A stretch of DNA of 64,000 bases, from positions 160,001-224,000 of the forward strand of contig JAKFBS010000001.1 of the NCBI GenBank assembly GCA_036677065.1. The letters run 5' to 3'. The translations under genes were made by a program, and so were the position numbers. The stretch comes from Bdellovibrio sp. (GTDB lineage: Bacteria; Bdellovibrionota; Bdellovibrionia; Bdellovibrionales; Bdellovibrionaceae). Positions 58,653-64,000 of the stretch are shown in pieces. Numbering within the stretch: the first letter of the stretch is position 1; each line of letters starts with the position of its first letter. The notes beneath the pieces are model-generated. The model was not told the DNA's origin, ran no database searches, and was given only the letters and a program-made list of their open reading frames with translations.

Positions 58653-59117
58653 TTACTGAGTTCGAGGTAATCTTAACAAGTCCCCGATTTTAATACGATT
58701 TTTTGTAAACCAACCCTGATTCATCTCTAACGCGTACATTGCAGGCTTTGAACTTGGGTAAGATGGATAACTGGTTTGTAGCGAAGAAGTTGCTTTCATA
58801 TCTATAATGTCGATAATTTTTTTATTCTTACCGATGTAGGCAATACTTAAATCAAGATAGGTATTCTTCATCCAAAAACTTAAAGGTTGCTCGTTTTCAA
58901 AAATAAACAACATGCCACTATCAGCAGGCATTTTTTCGCGAAACATTAAGCCGTGTGCTTGCTGTTCTGGAGTTTTCGCGATTTCAACAGTGATTTTCTT
59001 TGCACCGATTTGTATTTGTTGTTTCGTGAATTTATATTTAGGCGTAGTTGCAAATGCTTGAAATGAAAAAATTAAACTAAGTATTAAAACGTTTTGCCAA
59101 TTCAAGTGCGACACCAT
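58653..59117 (-). CDS. DUF192 family protein (start uncertain)
   Basis: GLMFR, GMLFIF, FWMKNT and ALEMN motifs. Confidence 0.9.
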   Translation of the reverse strand: MVSHLNWQNVLILSLIFSFQAFATTPKYKFTKQQIQIGAKKITVEIAKTPEQQAHGLMFREKMPADSGMLFIFENEQPLSFWMKNTYLDLSIAYIGKNKKIIDIIDMKATSSLQTSYPSYPSSKPAMYALEMNQGWFTKNRIKIGDLLRLPRTQ

Positions 59118-59988
59118 AACGAACCCCTCGCGTTGAGACAGTTAACTTAGATAGGTTAAAAGCTTTTAGGGTTTCAAGTAAAGTGATAACGCCAACAATG
59201 ATCACATCAGCACGACCTTCGGGATAGCCGATTTGTATTTTTTCAGCTACAGACATGTTGGTTAGTTTGTCTAGCCAGGTCTGCAGGCCTTGCTCGGTCA
59301 GCTCGTAGCCATCAATTTTTGCGGCATCGAAATAACCGATTTCAACTTGAGCGATTGTTGTTGGGGTTCCGGCAACGGCCAGAATTTCGTTTGGAGAGTT
59401 CGGTGCTAATTTAATAATTTGTTGCAACTGCTGGCGAATAAATTCTTGCAGTGCTGTAATTTCATGTTGTGGTGTTGGTTGTGCAGAAATAAATTTTTCT
59501 GTTAAACGCACACAGCCGATATCTAAACTTTTTCCGGCAAGAATTTTTTGATCTTCACCGAAAATAAATTCAGTTGAGCCACCGCCGATATCCAAAACTA
59601 AGCGGGTGTTGTTTGAACTCATTCCAGAAACAGCTCCACGGTAAGTGATTTCGGCTTCTTTATCGCCGGGAATAATTTCTAGTGGAATATTTAAATCTTT
59701 GCAGATTTTAAAAAGTTCTTGTTGGTTTTCGGCATCACGTGCTGCTGAAGTGGCCATCGCTAAAACCGCTTGCGGTTTTTCGCGGTCTAAAGTTTTTCTA
59801 AAATTTGTGAGTGAGTTTTTTGCCCGCACAAGTGCGTCGGGGTGAAATTTTTTATTGGCAGATAAACCCTGGCCAAGCCTAACCATCTCGACTTCGTCAG
59901 AATAAATTTTTGTGATTTTCTGATTTTCAACTTCAGAAACAAGACACAAAAACGTATTTGAACCTAAATCAAGGCTGGCTAATTTCAT
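59077..59988 (-). CDS. ppx: Ppx/GppA family exopolyphosphatase
   Basis: DLGSNT, ATSAARDA, DIGGGSTE, GVRYG. Confidence 0.9.
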   Translation of the reverse strand: MKLASLDLGSNTFLCLVSEVENQKITKIYSDEVEMVRLGQGLSANKKFHPDALVRAKNSLTNFRKTLDREKPQAVLAMATSAARDAENQQELFKICKDLNIPLEIIPGDKEAEITYRGAVSGMSSNNTRLVLDIGGGSTEFIFGEDQKILAGKSLDIGCVRLTEKFISAQPTPQHEITALQEFIRQQLQQIIKLAPNSPNEILAVAGTPTTIAQVEIGYFDAAKIDGYELTEQGLQTWLDKLTNMSVAEKIQIGYPEGRADVIIVGVITLLETLKAFNLSKLTVSTRGVRYGVALELAKRFNT

Positions 59989-61448
59989 TATTCACTCAAC
60001 TTCTTCATTAAAATTTCATTCACAATGGCAGGATTGGCTTTACCTTTTGAGGCCCTCATAATCGCGCCGACAAAAAATCCGATCACTTTATCTTTGCCAG
60101 CTTTAAACTCTGCAACTTGGCTGGGATTTGCGGCAACGACTTCGGCTACGATTTTTTCAATTTCGCCTACGTCTGAAACTTGCACTAAACCTTTTGCTTT
60201 GATGATGTCAGCGGCAGTTGAACCTGTGTCCCACATTTCTTTAAAAACGATTTTCGCAATTTTTCCAGAAATTGTTCCCTGATCTATTTGTTTAATCAAG
60301 CCAGCAAAGTTTTGTGCAGAAACTTTTGAATTGTGCGCAGTTAGTTTAGACTCGTTCAATTCACGTAATAGTTCAGAGATAATCCAGTTCGCCGCAGCTT
60401 TGTAATTGCCACAGGCTTTGCCGCAAGCTTCGAAATAATCTGACAGGTCACGTTCTTCAGTTAATAAATTTGCATCACTGGTTGATAGCTGTAAGTCTTT
60501 AACAAAGCGAGCGGCCCGTTGCAGAGGTAATTCTGGCAGTGATTTTTTAACTAAGGCTAATTGTTCATCCGTAACAATAACGGGTAAAATATCTGGATCT
60601 GGAAAATACCTGTAATCTTGCGCGTCTTCTTTTACACGCATCGTGAACGTGCGGTTTTTATCTGGATCATACAATCTAGTTTCTTGCACAATTTTTTCTG
60701 AATTTTCGATCGCATCAATCTGGCGGTGAATTTCGTATTCAACAGCTTTTTCCACAAAACGAAATGAATTGATATTTTTTAATTCTACTTTAGTGCCGAA
60801 TTTTGTTTCGCCCACTTTGCGAACCGAAACGTTACAATCACAACGAAGCGAACCTTCTTCTAAGTTGCCATCACACACATCTAAGTAACGAACTACTGAG
60901 CGAATAGTACGACAGTATTCAGCCGCTTCTTGTGGTGAATGCATTTCTGGTTCAGAGACGATTTCAAGTAATGGAATACCTGCGCGGTTATAATTAATTA
61001 AAGTGTACTGGCCAAAGTGAGTCGATTTACCCGCGTCTTCTTCCAAGTGCGCGCGGGTAATGCCTACAGTTTTGGTTTTACCTTCAACTTCAAATTGGAT
61101 CGAACCTTTTTCACAAATAGGTTCGTCGTATTGAGATATTTGATAACCTTTAGGCAGATCTGGATAAAAATAATTTTTACGCGAGAAAACTGATTTCTTA
61201 CGGATATTACAACCTAAAGCTAAGCCAGTACGAATCGCATACTCGACCGCTTTTTTATTTAACACCGGCAATGTGCCTGGCATGCCGACGCTGACTGGGG
61301 ATGTGTTTTCATTATCTGCAGAATCAAAATTTGTAGCGTCAGAAGAAAATATTTTTGATTCGGTTTTAAGTTGCACGTGCACTTCAATACCGATGATGGC
61401 TTCAAAACCGCGGTAGGAAACTATAGTAGCAGTATTATTAGTAGACAC
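59988..61448 (-). CDS. gatB: Asp/Glu-tRNA amidotransferase subunit B
   Basis: IGIEVHVQL, RKNYFYPDLPKGYQISQ, YRYFPDPD. Confidence 0.97.
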   Translation of the reverse strand: MSTNNTATIVSYRGFEAIIGIEVHVQLKTESKIFSSDATNFDSADNENTSPVSVGMPGTLPVLNKKAVEYAIRTGLALGCNIRKKSVFSRKNYFYPDLPKGYQISQYDEPICEKGSIQFEVEGKTKTVGITRAHLEEDAGKSTHFGQYTLINYNRAGIPLLEIVSEPEMHSPQEAAEYCRTIRSVVRYLDVCDGNLEEGSLRCDCNVSVRKVGETKFGTKVELKNINSFRFVEKAVEYEIHRQIDAIENSEKIVQETRLYDPDKNRTFTMRVKEDAQDYRYFPDPDILPVIVTDEQLALVKKSLPELPLQRAARFVKDLQLSTSDANLLTEERDLSDYFEACGKACGNYKAAANWIISELLRELNESKLTAHNSKVSAQNFAGLIKQIDQGTISGKIAKIVFKEMWDTGSTAADIIKAKGLVQVSDVGEIEKIVAEVVAANPSQVAEFKAGKDKVIGFFVGAIMRASKGKANPAIVNEILMKKLSE

Positions 61449-62913
61449 TTGGAGTTTTTCCTTTCACCGGAGAATTTTGCTCTAAAGCGTAAGCTACGTT
61501 TAGAATTTTTTGCTCTTGAAAATGATGCCCGGTTAATTGGATGCCGATCGGTAACCCTTCGCTGGTTAAACCAAACGGCACACTCATGCCAGGTAAACCG
61601 GCTAGATTTGTAGAAGTTGTGAAAATATCGTTCATGTACATTTTTAATGGGTCATAAACGCGTGTTCCGATTTTAAATGCAGGTGTTGTCGACACCGGAG
61701 AAATAATCGCATCACACTTAGCAAAAGCTTCATCGTACTGATTGCGTAAAAGCCGACGCACCTGGCAGGCTTTGTTGTAGTAAGCATCAAAGTATCCTGA
61801 TGATAAACAAAACGTGCCTAAGATAATTCGGCGTTTAACTTCTTTACCAAAACCTTCAGCGCGTGTTTGGGCATAGAATTCATCAAGCGGTAAACCGGAT
61901 AAGTCTTTAAAGTCTGAACGGTAGCCGTATTTCACACCATCATAGCGTGCTAAATTTGACGACGCTTCTGAAGCAGAAATTAAATAATACATTGATACGG
62001 CATATTTAGTTAACGGGATTGAAACTTCAACGAATTCTGCACCTAGTGATTTTAAAGTCTCTAATGCTTGTTCGTAAGTTTTGCGAATGTCAGGGTGAAC
62101 TAATTCTGAATTGTGATATTCTTTCACGATTCCGATTTTTTTACCCTTCATGTCTGCAGATAAATTTTTACTGAAAGCTTCAACGGGTTTTGCAGATGTT
62201 GTTCCGTCTAATTCATCTTGGCCTGCAATGACTTCTAGGGTAAGTGCGGCATCTTGTACAGATGACACCATTGGGCCAGCTTGATCAAGTGAAGAAGCAA
62301 ATGCAACAATTCCATAACGGCTTACGCGACCATAAGTTGGTTTAATACCAACAACCCCACAAAAATTTGAAGGCTGGCGAATTGATCCCCCGGTGTCAGA
62401 GCCGATAGTGCCCATGACTAAACGCGCTGCTTGTGCGCTGGCAGAGCCACCACTTGAACCACCCGGAACGTATTCTGGATTCCACGGATTTTTACAAACG
62501 CCATGAAAAGAGCTTTCGTTACTTGAACCCATCGCAAATTCATCTAGATTTAACTTTCCAACGATTGTCGCGCCTGCATTTTTTAAACGCGCAACCACTG
62601 TTGAATCGTACGGAGGTATAAAACCAGTTAATATTTTAGATGCGGCCGTAGTTTCGATGCCTTTGGTGCATAATAAATCTTTAATTCCAAACGGCACACC
62701 CGCTAATACGCCAACATTTTCACCTTTGGCAATTTTTTGATCGATGACTTCTGCTTGTTTTACGCAGTCAGGATTAAATTTAATAAAAGCATTAAGCGAG
62801 GGATTTAGTTTTTCAGCGCGGCTTAAAAAATATTTTGTCACTTCAACTGCTGAAATTTTTTTATCAGCAATCGCTTTACGTGTTTCTGACATTGAGGCTG
62901 TTAATAAATCCAT
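61438..62913 (-). CDS. gatA: Asp/Glu-tRNA amidotransferase subunit A
   Basis: Amidase signature PGGSSGGS, GSDTGGSIRQP, EVKRRI. Confidence 0.97.
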   Translation of the reverse strand: MDLLTASMSETRKAIADKKISAVEVTKYFLSRAEKLNPSLNAFIKFNPDCVKQAEVIDQKIAKGENVGVLAGVPFGIKDLLCTKGIETTAASKILTGFIPPYDSTVVARLKNAGATIVGKLNLDEFAMGSSNESSFHGVCKNPWNPEYVPGGSSGGSASAQAARLVMGTIGSDTGGSIRQPSNFCGVVGIKPTYGRVSRYGIVAFASSLDQAGPMVSSVQDAALTLEVIAGQDELDGTTSAKPVEAFSKNLSADMKGKKIGIVKEYHNSELVHPDIRKTYEQALETLKSLGAEFVEVSIPLTKYAVSMYYLISASEASSNLARYDGVKYGYRSDFKDLSGLPLDEFYAQTRAEGFGKEVKRRIILGTFCLSSGYFDAYYNKACQVRRLLRNQYDEAFAKCDAIISPVSTTPAFKIGTRVYDPLKMYMNDIFTTSTNLAGLPGMSVPFGLTSEGLPIGIQLTGHHFQEQKILNVAYALEQNSPVKGKTPSVY

Positions 62914-62915
62914 GA

Positions 62916-63209
62916 TTAGACCACCGGCGGAACTTTAAAAAGGTTACCCTGTTTTTCAGGAGCGTTGGCCACCATGTCTTCAGCTTTGTAATCTTGTTTT
63001 GCAACATCTTCGCGTGTTGAATATTCGATTTCAGATGGCGTGATCAAAGGCTCGATGCCTTGAGTGTCGATATTTGAAATTTCATCAAAGTGTATAATAA
63101 TTTTTGAAAGTTGTTCGCTGAATTCATTCGCCTCTTCTGGTGACAGTCGAAGTCGGGCTAAATTAGCTATTTTTTGAATCACATCTTTATTAAATTTATC
63201 TGAAGACAC
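62916..63209 (-). CDS. gatC: Asp/Glu-tRNA amidotransferase subunit C
   Basis: IANLARL, RED and NAP...FKVP motifs; GTG start after AAGGA. Confidence 0.93.
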   Translation of the reverse strand: MSSDKFNKDVIQKIANLARLRLSPEEANEFSEQLSKIIIHFDEISNIDTQGIEPLITPSEIEYSTREDVAKQDYKAEDMVANAPEKQGNLFKVPPVV

Positions 63210-63266
63210 GGGCCATCCTTTGTCGAAAAACAATATAGCGAAAACAGCCTTGTTATGGTAGCGTAA

Positions 63267-64000
<734 letters not shown>

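Overview
A gene-dense, AT-rich bacterial chromosome segment. Its content (many short secreted hypothetical proteins, c-di-GMP enzymes, TPR/PilZ/LysM proteins) looks like a Bdellovibrio-like predator (Bdellovibrionota); this is inference only. Core genes bracket the window: the 3' end of groEL and ahpC-ahpF-hlyIII on the left, and serS, murA-prmC-prfA-rpmE2, rho, ppx, gatCAB and the 5' end of ligA on the right. There are four tRNAs (Asn-GTT, Arg-ACG, Ser-GCT, Ser-TGA). The middle ~40 kb is accessory. Best candidates for undescribed systems: (1) an unannotated 48-aa secreted microprotein gene with a full sigma54 enhancer/promoter layout and a structured 3' UTR with anti-Shine-Dalgarno motifs; (2) an NfrB-like glycan synthase operon that lacks the MshEN domain, paired with a DUF2334-type deacetylase and a small OM barrel; (3) a sigma54-preceded tandem triplet of six-repeat PLL-like lectins, one of them frameshifted; (4) a di-heme cytochrome c peroxidase coupled to a histidine kinase and flanked by an HD-GYP response regulator; (5) a cryptic lysozyme/SLT-like protein with a possible cognate inhibitor; (6) a Rho with a prion-like Q/N/G-rich N-terminal extension. 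I saw no CRISPR array, transposase, integrase or rRNA. All family calls come from motif recognition by eye; no searches were run.
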